Origin: Pseudomonadota bacterium
Lineage (GTDB): Bacteria > Pseudomonadota > Alphaproteobacteria > Rhizobiales > Hyphomicrobiaceae
Reading direction: 5' to 3'
DNA length: 64,000 nt
Assembly: GCA_018242255.1 (NCBI GenBank)
Contig: JAFECH010000345.1
Span: forward strand, 45,799 to 109,798
The notes under the pieces were generated by a model, which saw only the letters and a program-made list of their open reading frames with translations, ran no database searches and was not told the DNA's origin. Of this stretch, positions 49,211-59,248 are shown in pieces; position 1 is the stretch's first letter, and the number at the start of each line of letters is the position of its first letter. The position numbers and the translations under genes are program-made.

Positions 49211-49735
49211 ATGAATGACACACTGATATCCTTGATCGTCGCCGTTTCGGAAAATGGCGTCATAGGCCGTGACGGCGGACTGCCGTGGCGGCTCTCGTCC
49301 GATCTGAAAACATTCCGCCGCCTGACGATGGACAAGCCCATCGTCATGGGGCGCAAAACGTTCGAGTCCATCGGCAAGCCGCTGGATGGCCGCGATAATA
49401 TCGTCGTCACGCGCGACCCGGCATTCGAGGTCGCGGGCGTCTCGACGTGTGACACCGTCACCGATGCGCTGACGCTCGCCCGCGTGCTGGCCAAAACCCG
49501 CGGCGCCGATGAGGTCATGGTTATCGGTGGGGTCAACGTGTTCGAAGCCGCGCTCCCCGTTGCAGATCGGATTTATCTGACCCGTGTTCACGCCGATGTC
49601 GAAGGCGATCGCCATTTTGCGGGCCTCGATGCCGCCGAATGGCGCGAGTCAAGCCGCGAGCCTCTGCAACAGGGCCCGCGCGACGACCACGCCGCCACGC
49701 TCATAATTTACGATCGTCAAAAGCAGGACGCCTGA
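49211..49735 (+). CDS. folA: Dihydrofolate reductase
   Basis: IVAVSENGVIG...LPWRLSSDLK, MGRKTFESIGKPLDGRDNIV, VIGG, IYLTRV. Confidence 0.97.
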   Translation: MNDTLISLIVAVSENGVIGRDGGLPWRLSSDLKTFRRLTMDKPIVMGRKTFESIGKPLDGRDNIVVTRDPAFEVAGVSTCDTVTDALTLARVLAKTRGADEVMVIGGVNVFEAALPVADRIYLTRVHADVEGDRHFAGLDAAEWRESSREPLQQGPRDDHAATLIIYDRQKQDA

Positions 49736-49981
49736 AAAGCCTCGCTGCCCTTGAAGGTGCCTGCCGAGGCCCCAAATTGCGATTAGCCAAACCAACGGGA
49801 AATTTGCGAACGTCGGGGCCCTGGCCTATAAGCTGCGCAAATCCGGGTTTTATCTACGTTGCTCAGGCCTTTGCAGTGCAAGTGTTTACATCCGGCGTCA
49901 CCACGGTGCCGCCTACATCTCGGAAGGCCATGGGGGGCACGATTTTAATCTTCAGCTCAAATTCGAAAGAGGCCCTTATTC

Positions 49982-51193
49982 ATGCCCTGGAGTAGTCAAG
50001 GCGGTAGCGGCAGCGGTGGGGGAAACGGCGGCCGCAAAGGTGGAGGCGGCCCGTGGGGCCAAGGGCCGTGGGGACCGCAGGGCGGCGGTAGCGGCGGCGG
50101 CAAGGAGCCGCCCGATCTCGATGAAATTCTGCGTCGCGGCCAGGATCGCATGCGTCAGGTGATGCGCGGCGGCGGCGGCAACGGCAGCGGCGGCGGCAGC
50201 TTCGGCGGCGGCGTACCTAAGCCGTTCCTGTTCTTTATCGCGATGCTCGTTCTGGCGGGCGTTGTGTTCTACGGCTTCTTCTTCCGCGTGAATCCGGATG
50301 AGCAGGGCATCGTCCTGCGCTTCGGCAAATATGAACGCTGGGTCGGCCCCGGCCTCAACTGGCGCTTGCCGTACCCGATCGAGGAAGTCCGCCTGCCGAA
50401 GGTAACGCAGCAGCGCACCATCGAAATAGGTGCCGGTCGCAGCGTCATCGGTGCGCGCGACAGCGGCTTGATGCTGACGGGCGATGGCAGCGTCGTTGAT
50501 GTCCGCTTCGTCGTCTTCTGGCGAATAAGCCCCGACAAGAACGAAGCCAACGGCCAGACCGGCGTTGAAGAATTCCTGTTCAACATCGCTCAGCCGGAAA
50601 CGACAGTGCGCGAAGTTGCCGAAAGCGCGATGCGCGAGGTCGTCGGCCAGTCCAATCTGCAGCCGCTTCTGACCGGTGGCCGTCAGGCGACGCAGGAAGC
50701 CGTGCAAAAGCTCATGCAGAAGACGCTCGACTCCTACGGCGCGGGCATCAAGATCGACCAGGTTCAGTTGAAAGAGGTCGATCCGCCTGAAGAAGTCATT
50801 CGCTCGTTCCGCGAAGTGGCGGCTGCGGCGCAGGAAAAGGAAACTCTTATCAAGCAGGCGCAGACGTATGCCGATCAGGTCGTGCCGCGCGCGCACGGCG
50901 ATGCTGATCGCATCATCGCCGCCGCCGAGGGCTATCGCGACCAGACGGTCGCCGAAGCAACCGGTCAGGCCGCCCGCTTCCTCAAGGTCTACGACGAATA
51001 TAAGAAGGCGCCCGACGTGACGCGCGAACGGCTCTATCTCGAAATGCAGGAGCGTGTGCTGTCCGGCGCCGACAAGATCATTCTCGATCAGAAGAGCAAC
51101 GGCCAGGGCGTCGTTCCGTTCTTGCCGCTGGAGCAGCTTCAGCGTCAGCCGAAAGACGATCAGACCAGCACCGATGCCGATGGAGCGAAATAA
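49982..51193 (+). CDS. hflK: FtsH modulator HflK
   Basis: MPWS...GGPWG, PPDLDEIL, VLRFGK, MLTGD, VDPPEEVIRSF, APDVTRERLYLE. Confidence 0.97.
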   Translation: MPWSSQGGSGSGGGNGGRKGGGGPWGQGPWGPQGGGSGGGKEPPDLDEILRRGQDRMRQVMRGGGGNGSGGGSFGGGVPKPFLFFIAMLVLAGVVFYGFFFRVNPDEQGIVLRFGKYERWVGPGLNWRLPYPIEEVRLPKVTQQRTIEIGAGRSVIGARDSGLMLTGDGSVVDVRFVVFWRISPDKNEANGQTGVEEFLFNIAQPETTVREVAESAMREVVGQSNLQPLLTGGRQATQEAVQKLMQKTLDSYGAGIKIDQVQLKEVDPPEEVIRSFREVAAAAQEKETLIKQAQTYADQVVPRAHGDADRIIAAAEGYRDQTVAEATGQAARFLKVYDEYKKAPDVTRERLYLEMQERVLSGADKIILDQKSNGQGVVPFLPLEQLQRQPKDDQTSTDADGAK

Positions 51194-51194
51194 C

Positions 51195-52094
51195 ATGCGT
51201 GCGTTTTTCGCTTTCATTCTCGCCGTCATCGGCGTCGCCGCGGTGGTTCTCTATTCCTCCGCTTTCATCGTCCACCAGAATGAGCAGGCACTTGTCCTGC
51301 GCTTCGGTAAGGCGCAACCGGCTGTCACTCAGCCGGGCTTGCATTGGAAGATGCCGTTCATCGATACGGTCGAGAAATTCGACAAGCGTATTCTCGATCT
51401 CGACACGACCGAGCAGGAAGTCACGGCGTCCGATCAGCAGCGTCTCATCGTCGACGCCTACGCCCGCTATCGCATTGTCGATCTGTTGAAGTTCTATCAG
51501 AACGTTCACGATGAAGACCGCGTCCGAGAAGTCGTCGGTCCGCTGATCGAATCTGAAATCCGCCGAGTGCTTGGTTCGGCGACCTTGCAAGAGGTCGTGA
51601 AGGACAAGCGTGAATCGCTGATGAAACAGATCGCGGATCAGGTGAACGCGGAAGGCCGCGACTATGGCCTCGAAGTTGTCGACGTCCGCATCAAGCGCGC
51701 CGATCTTCCGCAGGAAAACCTCGTCAAGGTTTACGACCGCATGCGGGCCGACCGTGTCCGCGAGGCAACCGAGCTTCGCGCCCAGGGTGAGGCTGAAAGC
51801 AACCGCGTCCGCGCCAACGCCGACAAGGACGTCACGATCATCAAGGCGACGGCCACGCAGAAGTCGGACGAAATCCGCGGCGACGGCGAGGCCAAGCGCA
51901 GCCGCATCTTCGCCGAAGCCTTTGGTCAGGATCCGGACTTCTTCCGCTTCTACCGGTCGATGCAGGCGTATACGACGGCCCTAAAACCGGGCGATACCCG
52001 CATGCTGTTGTCGCCCAACAGCGAATTCTTCCGGTATTTTGAGGATCCTAACGGTAAGGCTCCCGCGGCGGCTGCACCCGAGCCGCAGCGATGA
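51195..52094 (+). CDS. hflC: FtsH modulator HflC
   Basis: ALVLRFGK, GLHWKMPF, DKRILD, VVDVRIKRADLP, DPDFFRFYRSMQAY. Confidence 0.97.
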   Translation: MRAFFAFILAVIGVAAVVLYSSAFIVHQNEQALVLRFGKAQPAVTQPGLHWKMPFIDTVEKFDKRILDLDTTEQEVTASDQQRLIVDAYARYRIVDLLKFYQNVHDEDRVREVVGPLIESEIRRVLGSATLQEVVKDKRESLMKQIADQVNAEGRDYGLEVVDVRIKRADLPQENLVKVYDRMRADRVREATELRAQGEAESNRVRANADKDVTIIKATATQKSDEIRGDGEAKRSRIFAEAFGQDPDFFRFYRSMQAYTTALKPGDTRMLLSPNSEFFRYFEDPNGKAPAAAAPEPQR

Positions 52095-52276
52095 ACGACA
52101 TCCTGGCCGGACTGGGCGTAGCCCTCGTCCTCGAGGGACTGTTATGGGCCGCCGCGCCACAGTTTGCGCGGCGGACCGTTGAAGAGATTGCGAATTTCTC
52201 CACCGGACGCATCCAGATCTGCGCCGTCGCCGCAGTGGCCGTTGGCGTATTTGTCGTCTGGCTCGCGCGGGGGTAG
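52091..52276 (+). CDS. DUF2065 family small membrane protein
   Basis: DILAGLGVALVLEGLLWAAAP; conserved position after hflC. Confidence 0.85.
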   Translation: MNDILAGLGVALVLEGLLWAAAPQFARRTVEEIANFSTGRIQICAVAAVAVGVFVVWLARG

Positions 52277-52396
52277 GCAACTTATCCCCGCATACTGGCA
52301 ATATGCTACCTTGCCATGTTCACGCTTTGATGTTGGGCGAGCTAGCATAGGTCCGCGGCTGTCTACGGGTGCCGGTCAGACTTGGAGTTTCATGCA

Positions 52397-53863
52397 ATGA
52401 TGAAGAACGGTTCGGCGCTTCTTCTCGGTTTCGTTTTCAGTCTTGGCCTGTTAAGCGCTCCAGGCGCCTGGGCCGAGACCTTCCAATACGGTCCGGCATC
52501 TGTCGCGCCGCTGGCCAAGAAGCTCTCCGACGCCGTCGTCAATATCTCGACCTCGCAGACCGTGAAGGGCCCCGCCGGCGTGCCGCTGCCGAAGGTGCCG
52601 AAAGGCGCGCCGTTCGAAGACTTCTTCGATGATTTCTTCAACAAGCGCGGCGGCGTCCCGCACGGCGACCGCAAGATCTCCTCGCTCGGCTCCGGCTTTG
52701 TCATCGACGGCAAAGAAGGTCTGATCGTCACCAACAACCACGTCATCGATGGCGCCGAAGAAATCGACGTGAATTTCCACGACGGCTCGAAGCTGGTCGT
52801 CGAAAAGATCATCGGTCGCGATACTAAGTCCGACCTCGCGCTTTTGAAGGTGTCGCCGAAAAAGCCGCTCGCCGATGTAAAGTTCGGTTCCTCCGACGCC
52901 ATCGAAGTCGGCGACTGGGTGATGGCGATCGGCAACCCGTTCGGACTCGGCGGCTCGGTGTCGATGGGCATCATCTCGGCAAAAAGCCGCGACATCAATT
53001 CCGGCCCCTACGACGATTACCTGCAGACCGACGCTGCCATCAACAAGGGCAACTCCGGCGGTCCGCTGTTCAACATGAACGGCGAGGTGATCGGCGTGAA
53101 CACCGCGATCATCTCTCCGACCGGCGGCTCGATCGGCATCGGCTTCGCCGTGCCATCGGACACCGTCTCGAACGTCGTGGACCAGTTGAAACAGTACGGC
53201 GAGGTTCGGCGCGGCTGGCTTGGCGTCAAAATTCAATCGGTGACCGACGAGATCGCCGAAACCCTCGGGCTCGATGAAAACGCGGGCGCGCTTGTTGCAG
53301 CCGTCACCCCCGACAGCCCCGCCTCGAAAGCCGGATTGCAGCCGGGCGATGTCATCTTGAAGTTTGACGGCAAGGAAGTGACGAGCATGCGCGGCCTGCC
53401 GAAGATCGTCTCGCAGGCGCCTATCGGCAAGGCCGTCGATGTTGAGCTTCTGCGCAAGGGCAAACAGGAAAGCACGAAGGTAACGGTCGGCCGTCTCGAA
53501 GAAGATGACGATAACGCCAGTGACCTGAAAAGCGGCGGCGACGCCGAAGACGAAGATCCGAAAGGCTCAGCCGTCATCGGCATGCGCCTGTCCCCGCTGA
53601 CCGACGAGCTGCGCAAGAAATATGGTTTCGACTCCAAGGTCACCGGCGTCGTCATCGAAGCCATCGATCCGCAAAGCCCGGCGGCAACCAAGGGACTGAA
53701 GGCGGGCGACGTCATCGTCGAAGCGGCTCAGGACTCGGTGTCCGATCCGCAGGATGTCGCCAAAAGCATCGAAAAGGTGAAGAAGTCCGGTCGCAAGGCT
53801 GTGCTATTGCGGGTCGAGGATTCGAAGGGGGATCTTCGTTTCGTCGCCGTACCGGTGTCGTAA
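52397..53863 (+). CDS. DegP/DegQ (Do) family serine endoprotease
   Basis: SLGSGFVI, TNNHVI, DLALLK, QTDAAINKGNSGGPL, two PDZ domains. Confidence 0.97.
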   Translation: MMKNGSALLLGFVFSLGLLSAPGAWAETFQYGPASVAPLAKKLSDAVVNISTSQTVKGPAGVPLPKVPKGAPFEDFFDDFFNKRGGVPHGDRKISSLGSGFVIDGKEGLIVTNNHVIDGAEEIDVNFHDGSKLVVEKIIGRDTKSDLALLKVSPKKPLADVKFGSSDAIEVGDWVMAIGNPFGLGGSVSMGIISAKSRDINSGPYDDYLQTDAAINKGNSGGPLFNMNGEVIGVNTAIISPTGGSIGIGFAVPSDTVSNVVDQLKQYGEVRRGWLGVKIQSVTDEIAETLGLDENAGALVAAVTPDSPASKAGLQPGDVILKFDGKEVTSMRGLPKIVSQAPIGKAVDVELLRKGKQESTKVTVGRLEEDDDNASDLKSGGDAEDEDPKGSAVIGMRLSPLTDELRKKYGFDSKVTGVVIEAIDPQSPAATKGLKAGDVIVEAAQDSVSDPQDVAKSIEKVKKSGRKAVLLRVEDSKGDLRFVAVPVS

Positions 53864-53907
53864 CAGGCGTGCTATCGCGCCATCAGAAAAATCACGCCAG
53901 GAGATAA

Positions 53908-54624
53908 TTGGTGTCCGAGGGTCACGGCTTACTCGATACGATCTTTGACCAGCTTTCCCCGGTGCATCCCGATGGACACAAGTTCATCGCGATCGCAGCT
54001 GCGGTGACGCTGCTGTTCTTCTTTCTTTATCCGCCGCTGGGCTGGCTCTGCGCCGGCATAACGGCGTGGGTCATCTACTTCTTCCGCGACCCGCTGCGCG
54101 TGACGCCGCTTCGACCTGGCCTGGTCGTATCGGCCGCCGATGGCAAAATCTCCGGCGTCGAGAAGATCGTTCCGCCGGCAGAGCTTGGCCTGGGCTCGGA
54201 GGAACGCGTTCGCATTTCGACGTTCCTGTCGGTCTTTGATGTTCACATCAACCGTTCGCCCGTCGCCGGACGCATCATTCGCTCGCTATACGTTCCGGGC
54301 AAATTCCTGAACGCAGCCCTCGATAAGGCGAGCGAGGACAATGAGCGGCGCATTCTCGTTATCGAAACGCCGACCGACGGTGACGTCGGCGTCGTTCAGA
54401 TCGCAGGCCTCGTCGCTCGGCGCATTGTGACGTTTTCGGAAGTCGGCGACGCCGTCGGCGCGGGGCAGCGATTCGGTCTGATTCGCTTCGGTTCGCGCGT
54501 GGACATCTATCTGCCACCAGGAAAAACGGCTCTTGTCAGTGTAGGCCAACGTGCAGTTGCGGGCGAAACCGTTTTAGCGGATCTTCACTCGCCGGAGCCG
54601 GAACGTGAGGCGCGTCGCGCCTAG
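53908..54624 (+). CDS. psd: Phosphatidylserine decarboxylase proenzyme
   Basis: FFRDP, SAADG, FLSVFDVHINRSP, RFGLIRFGSRVD (GS cleavage site). Confidence 0.95.
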   Translation: MVSEGHGLLDTIFDQLSPVHPDGHKFIAIAAAVTLLFFFLYPPLGWLCAGITAWVIYFFRDPLRVTPLRPGLVVSAADGKISGVEKIVPPAELGLGSEERVRISTFLSVFDVHINRSPVAGRIIRSLYVPGKFLNAALDKASEDNERRILVIETPTDGDVGVVQIAGLVARRIVTFSEVGDAVGAGQRFGLIRFGSRVDIYLPPGKTALVSVGQRAVAGETVLADLHSPEPEREARRA

Positions 54625-54689
54625 AGGCCGGGTGATCGGGACGTTGTCGAGAGGCGTGGTCAATTCGGCATGGGGGCAAGGAGGCTGCC

Positions 54690-55607
54690 ATGGATAACGA
54701 TGAGCCGTTTATCGAAACCGAAACGCGCCGCCGCAGGCGCCGCTCTCTGTTTCGCCATCGGCGCGTTCCGGTGCGCATGCTCGTTCCGAACTTCTTCACT
54801 CTGCTCGGGCTATGCGCCGGTCTGACGTCGATCCGCATGGGCATCGAAGGCCGCTGGGATCTCGCCATCGCTGCGATCGTTTTCGCCGCCTGTCTTGACG
54901 GCATCGACGGCCGCATCGCCCGGCTGTTGAAAGCCTCGTCACGCTTCGGCGCAGAACTCGATAGCCTCGCAGACTTCGTGAACTTCGGCGTCGCGCCCGC
55001 CTTCCTCATTTTCAATTGGGGTCTCGGCGACTTGAAGAGCGCAGGCTGGATCTGCGTCATGATTTTTGCCTTGGCTTCGGCTCTGCGGCTCGCGCGCTTC
55101 AATGCGGCGCTGGATGACGAGCGGCCGAAATGGCAGTCGAACTACTTCATGGGTATGCCCACGCCCGCTGCCGCCATTGCCGTGCTGCTGCCGCTCTATC
55201 TCTTTCAGCTCGGACTCGATGAAACCAAGTCGCAGTGGGTGCTGAAATTCGTGCTCGCCTACACTGTCTTCATCGCCTTCATGATGGTGTCGAACATCCC
55301 GACCTATTCGGGAAAGCTGCTCGGCGAGCGAGTCGGCCGCGAATGGGTGCTGCCGATCTTCGTTCTTGCCATCGGCGTCGTCGCGTTTCTCTTCACCTAC
55401 CCCTACGAGACGCTGACGGCTCTAACGTGCCTCTACCTCGGCTTCATTCCGTGGAGCTGGCGCGCATACCGCAACAAGAGCGAAGGTGAGGGCGCCGCCT
55501 CCGCCGCGGCGTCGCTGGAAGGCGTTCCGCCCGGCAGCGCGTCGGGAAAGCCCGAAACGACGGGTGGCCGCGTCTTTGCCTTCCGTCCGAACGATCCCGG
55601 CAAATAA
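54690..55607 (+). CDS. pssA: CDP-diacylglycerol-serine O-phosphatidyltransferase
   Basis: PNFFTL, LDGIDGRIAR...FGAELDSLADFVNFGVAP, LRLARFN, FMGMPTP. Confidence 0.95.
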   Translation: MDNDEPFIETETRRRRRRSLFRHRRVPVRMLVPNFFTLLGLCAGLTSIRMGIEGRWDLAIAAIVFAACLDGIDGRIARLLKASSRFGAELDSLADFVNFGVAPAFLIFNWGLGDLKSAGWICVMIFALASALRLARFNAALDDERPKWQSNYFMGMPTPAAAIAVLLPLYLFQLGLDETKSQWVLKFVLAYTVFIAFMMVSNIPTYSGKLLGERVGREWVLPIFVLAIGVVAFLFTYPYETLTALTCLYLGFIPWSWRAYRNKSEGEGAASAAASLEGVPPGSASGKPETTGGRVFAFRPNDPGK

Positions 55608-55642
55608 ATTTATGACGTAAGGGCGCGGATGTCCGCGCTCCT

Positions 55643-57088
55643 CTACTTCGTCTCTTCGGGCTGGCGATTGTAGATGTCGTCGGTGCGATGAATATCGTCC
55701 TCGCCGAGGTATGACCCGATCTGCACCTCGATGATCTCGACGGGAACCTTGCCGGGGTTCTGCAGCCGGTGCCACTGCGTCGCGAAAATGTAGACGCTCT
55801 CGTTCTCGCGCACGAGCTGCTCTTTATCGCCGATCGAAACCTGCGCCGTGCCCTGCACCACGATCCAATGCTCGGAACGGTGATGGTGCATTTGCATGGA
55901 CAGCTTGCCGCCCGGCTTCACATGCAGCAGCTTGACCTGGAACCGCGGCCCGATGTTCAGCGTCTCGAAGTAACCCCACGGACGGTAGTTCCGGAGGTGC
56001 TGCTCCTGCTCCTTACGGTTCGACTGTTTGAGCCGCTGGACGACTTTCGAGACATCCTGCGTGCGGCTCTTGTCGGCAACGAGCAGAGCGTCGGGCGTGT
56101 TGACGATGATGAGATCGTTGAGACCGATGGTCGAAACGAGCGACTTCTCGGAGTGGACGTAGCAGCCGGTCGTGTCCTCCAGAACCGCTTCGCCCTTGAT
56201 GAAGTTGCCCTTCTCATCGCGCGGCGCGATATCCCAAAGCGACGACCATGAGCCGACATCGTTCCAACCGACATCCATCGGCAGGATCGCGGCCTTGTCC
56301 GTCTTCTCCATCACCGCATAGTCGATGGAGATGTTGGGCGACGCCGCAAAGCTTGTCTTATCCAGTCGCAAGAAACCGAGGTCTTCGCTGGCGCCGTCGA
56401 GCGCACCGCGCGCAGCTTCAAGAATTTTCGGTTCGTACCGCTCGATTTCTTCGAGAAAAGTCCGGGCGTTGAGCGCGAAGATTCCGCTGTTCCAGAGATA
56501 AGAGCCATCCGCCAGATAGCGCTCGGCAGTCGCACGATCCGGCTTTTCCGCAAAGCTCGAAACATCGAACGCCAGTCCGTCGAAACCCGGTAGCGCCGCA
56601 CCGCGCTTGATGTAGCCGTAGCCCGTGTGCGGCTCGGTCGGCGTAATGCCGAAGAGAACAAGTTTGCCTGTCTCGGCAACGGCGGCTGCACGCCGGATGT
56701 TCTCTGCAAAGAGCGCTTCATCGCCGATCACATGATCGGACGGCATGACCGCAAGGATCGCATCGGGATCGTCGCGAAGCGCAAGCAGAGCTGCAACCGC
56801 GATCGCCGGCGCCGTGTTGCGCGCGACCGGTTCGAGGATGATGGCCTTGGGCTCGATGCCGGCGCGGTCGACTTCCTCGCGCACGAGGAAGCGATGATCG
56901 TTATTGCACAGCAGGATCGGCGCCTCGAAACCGGCCTTTTGCGGCAGGCGGGCCAATGCCGATCCGAGAAATGACGTATCCTGGCCGTTGAAGAAGCGGA
57001 TGAATTGCTTCGGATACATCGAGCGGGAAAGGGGCCAAAGCCGCGTCCCAGAACCGCCCGACAATATAACTGGGTAAATGGCGCTCAT
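55643..57088 (-). CDS. manC: Mannose-1-phosphate guanylyltransferase / mannose-6-phosphate isomerase
   Basis: VILSGGSGTRLWPLSR...PKQF, RNTAPAI, WNSGIF, ISIDYAVME, DVGSW, cupin RPWG...HHHRSEHW. Confidence 0.97.
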   Translation of the reverse strand: MSAIYPVILSGGSGTRLWPLSRSMYPKQFIRFFNGQDTSFLGSALARLPQKAGFEAPILLCNNDHRFLVREEVDRAGIEPKAIILEPVARNTAPAIAVAALLALRDDPDAILAVMPSDHVIGDEALFAENIRRAAAVAETGKLVLFGITPTEPHTGYGYIKRGAALPGFDGLAFDVSSFAEKPDRATAERYLADGSYLWNSGIFALNARTFLEEIERYEPKILEAARGALDGASEDLGFLRLDKTSFAASPNISIDYAVMEKTDKAAILPMDVGWNDVGSWSSLWDIAPRDEKGNFIKGEAVLEDTTGCYVHSEKSLVSTIGLNDLIIVNTPDALLVADKSRTQDVSKVVQRLKQSNRKEQEQHLRNYRPWGYFETLNIGPRFQVKLLHVKPGGKLSMQMHHHRSEHWIVVQGTAQVSIGDKEQLVRENESVYIFATQWHRLQNPGKVPVEIIEVQIGSYLGEDDIHRTDDIYNRQPEETK

Positions 57089-57239
57089 CGAACGGTCTGA
57101 CCCCGGGTAAGAAAAATTAAAATCTAGATCTCAATGCCTTGCCAAGCGAGACATCACGATAGCGCGGAAAAATGACAATTTCCAAGGTGGATCGTTTTCG
57201 ACGATGAACCCGTAACTGCGCCCCCATGCGAACTCAGGA

Positions 57240-59234
57240 TCAAGAACGAGCCAGTCGTTCGCGTAGCGATCTGAGCGTATCGAAGGTGCTCGCCGTGGCG
57301 GACGCTCCTGGCTTGGCCGCTGGTGCCGAGGACGCGGCGTTCCCGGTTGGAGCGAGACCATCCGACGGCGCCACTGAGGCGTCGCGGCGCACGATTGAGC
57401 TGTTGGGACGCGTCGTCGAGACCGAACCTGGATATGGTGGCGGCATCGTGGCCGGTCGATATCCGGCAGGCTCCGGCGGGACGTCGTACGCGGGCGCCTC
57501 CGTCGATTGCGACCCGTGAATGCCGAGGGCGTCGGCCATCATCGCAAGTTGGGTCGACACGCCGTCGGCCGTTACCGGAATGGCCGATGCGCGCCAACGC
57601 TCGACGATCTGATCGAGGAAACCTTCGTCGTTGAGCGAAGTCTGCCAACGCTTCGAGAAAATCGCGGTCGAGGATCGCGGCAATCCGTGCTTGGGCAATT
57701 CGTCGAACTTGATGCGGGCAGGAAGCGCCATGCCGTCGCCGAAGGCGATAGCTTCTCGTTGTCCGAGCGATGGCAGGAATTCCAGAAGACCAGCGCCCGT
57801 ATCCGCAACGGCCGATTGCACGATCGCCTGGTCGCGGTCGTTCGACATGCGCAGTGCGAACACGGTATTGCACTGGGAAAGAATTGTCGGATCGATTTCA
57901 GCCGGACGCTGCGTCACGATGCAAAGCGAAGCGCCGTATTTGCGGCCTTCCTTAGCGATCTTTGCGATCGAGCGTTTGCAAGGCTCGAACCCCAAAGCAG
58001 AGTTCGCGGGAACATAACGGTGCGCTTCTTCGCACACGAGCGTAACCGGAACCTGGCCTTCGCTCCACAACGCGAAGTCGAAAGTCATGCGGCACAACAC
58101 CGAAACGACGACGTTGACGACCTCCGATGGAATTCCCGTCAATTCCAGAATGGTGATGGGCTTGTCGTTCACCGGCACGCGGAACAGGCGGCCCAGAACC
58201 TGCGCCATGGAATCGTAGACGGTGCGCGAGCCGAACATGAAGGCGTAGCGGCCGTCCTGAGACAGCGTCTCGATGCGGTTTTTCAGAACGCGGTAAGGCG
58301 CGAGGTCTTTGCGGTTTTCGAGTTTGCCCATCCGTTCGTCGATGAGCGAAACCAAATCCGAGATGCGGTAGGGGACGGGCGTATCGACCGTATAGCGGCT
58401 TGCGTCTCCCAGTCCGCGCCGGGCGCGGGGCGGCTCTCCCGCGCGTCCCGTCGCGTAGCGCGTTTTCGCGATCGGAATGAGGTCCTGCAGCACTTCGATT
58501 TCGGACTTGCGATCACCGTCGCCGACGAGGACTTCCACCATCTCCTCGAACGTCAGCAGCCAGTAGGGCAACTGCATGTTGCGCGGGGAGATGACCTCGG
58601 CCCACTCGCGGAAAGCGCTCGCGTATTCGTTATGCGGATCGAGCAGAACGATATGAGCGGCTGGGTTCTTTTCGACGATCGAACGTAGGATGAGCGCCGT
58701 CGAGCACGACTTGCCCGTGCCGGTCGTGCCGAGAATGGCGAAATGCTTGCCGAGCAGTTCGTCGACGCGAACCATCGCAGGAATGCTGTTGTCCTGGCGG
58801 ATGGTGCCGATGCGCACCATGGCCGAGAGATCACCGCAAAACGTCGCCTCGAGTTCGTGCTTCTGCGCTAAACGCACACGGTCACCGAGCGCGGGATAGG
58901 CTGTGACGCCACGATTGAACGACGGCGAACCGCCGGATTTTTCGGAAGCCAGCTCGCCGACGAGCCCCAGCTCCGCAATCCACACTTCGCCTTCCCCCTC
59001 GCGCTGCGAGGGAACCGGAACGCTCAGAGCAGAGACGATAGCAAGAACAGTCGAGCGTGACGTGTCGATAGCGAGAAGCGTACCCATCTCCGGGCGGCTT
59101 TCGGGCGCGCGACTGCGCAGATCGCCGCCGCTGTCGAGCAGCACGATGGCTTTCGAACCGGTGACGGAGACGATACGGCCGATCGAGGCGTCTTTACCCT
59201 CGTTTGCGGAAGTAGGGGTACTGATGCTTTGCAT
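57240..59234 (-). CDS. HerA/FtsK-superfamily ATPase (DUF87 / HAS-barrel type)
   Basis: N-terminal barrel (IGRIVSVTGS), Walker A GTTGTGKS, LDPHNEY, Walker B CEEAHRY, AKEGRKYG, TQRPAEI, LSQCNT. Confidence 0.9.
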   Translation of the reverse strand: MQSISTPTSANEGKDASIGRIVSVTGSKAIVLLDSGGDLRSRAPESRPEMGTLLAIDTSRSTVLAIVSALSVPVPSQREGEGEVWIAELGLVGELASEKSGGSPSFNRGVTAYPALGDRVRLAQKHELEATFCGDLSAMVRIGTIRQDNSIPAMVRVDELLGKHFAILGTTGTGKSCSTALILRSIVEKNPAAHIVLLDPHNEYASAFREWAEVISPRNMQLPYWLLTFEEMVEVLVGDGDRKSEIEVLQDLIPIAKTRYATGRAGEPPRARRGLGDASRYTVDTPVPYRISDLVSLIDERMGKLENRKDLAPYRVLKNRIETLSQDGRYAFMFGSRTVYDSMAQVLGRLFRVPVNDKPITILELTGIPSEVVNVVVSVLCRMTFDFALWSEGQVPVTLVCEEAHRYVPANSALGFEPCKRSIAKIAKEGRKYGASLCIVTQRPAEIDPTILSQCNTVFALRMSNDRDQAIVQSAVADTGAGLLEFLPSLGQREAIAFGDGMALPARIKFDELPKHGLPRSSTAIFSKRWQTSLNDEGFLDQIVERWRASAIPVTADGVSTQLAMMADALGIHGSQSTEAPAYDVPPEPAGYRPATMPPPYPGSVSTTRPNSSIVRRDASVAPSDGLAPTGNAASSAPAAKPGASATASTFDTLRSLRERLARS

Positions 59235-59248
59235 TCAGGATCCGGGGG

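Noticed and set aside
49982-50220. GGC-rich repeats at the start of hflK
   Set aside because: They encode the ordinary Gly-rich N-terminus of alphaproteobacterial HflK, not a repeat array.
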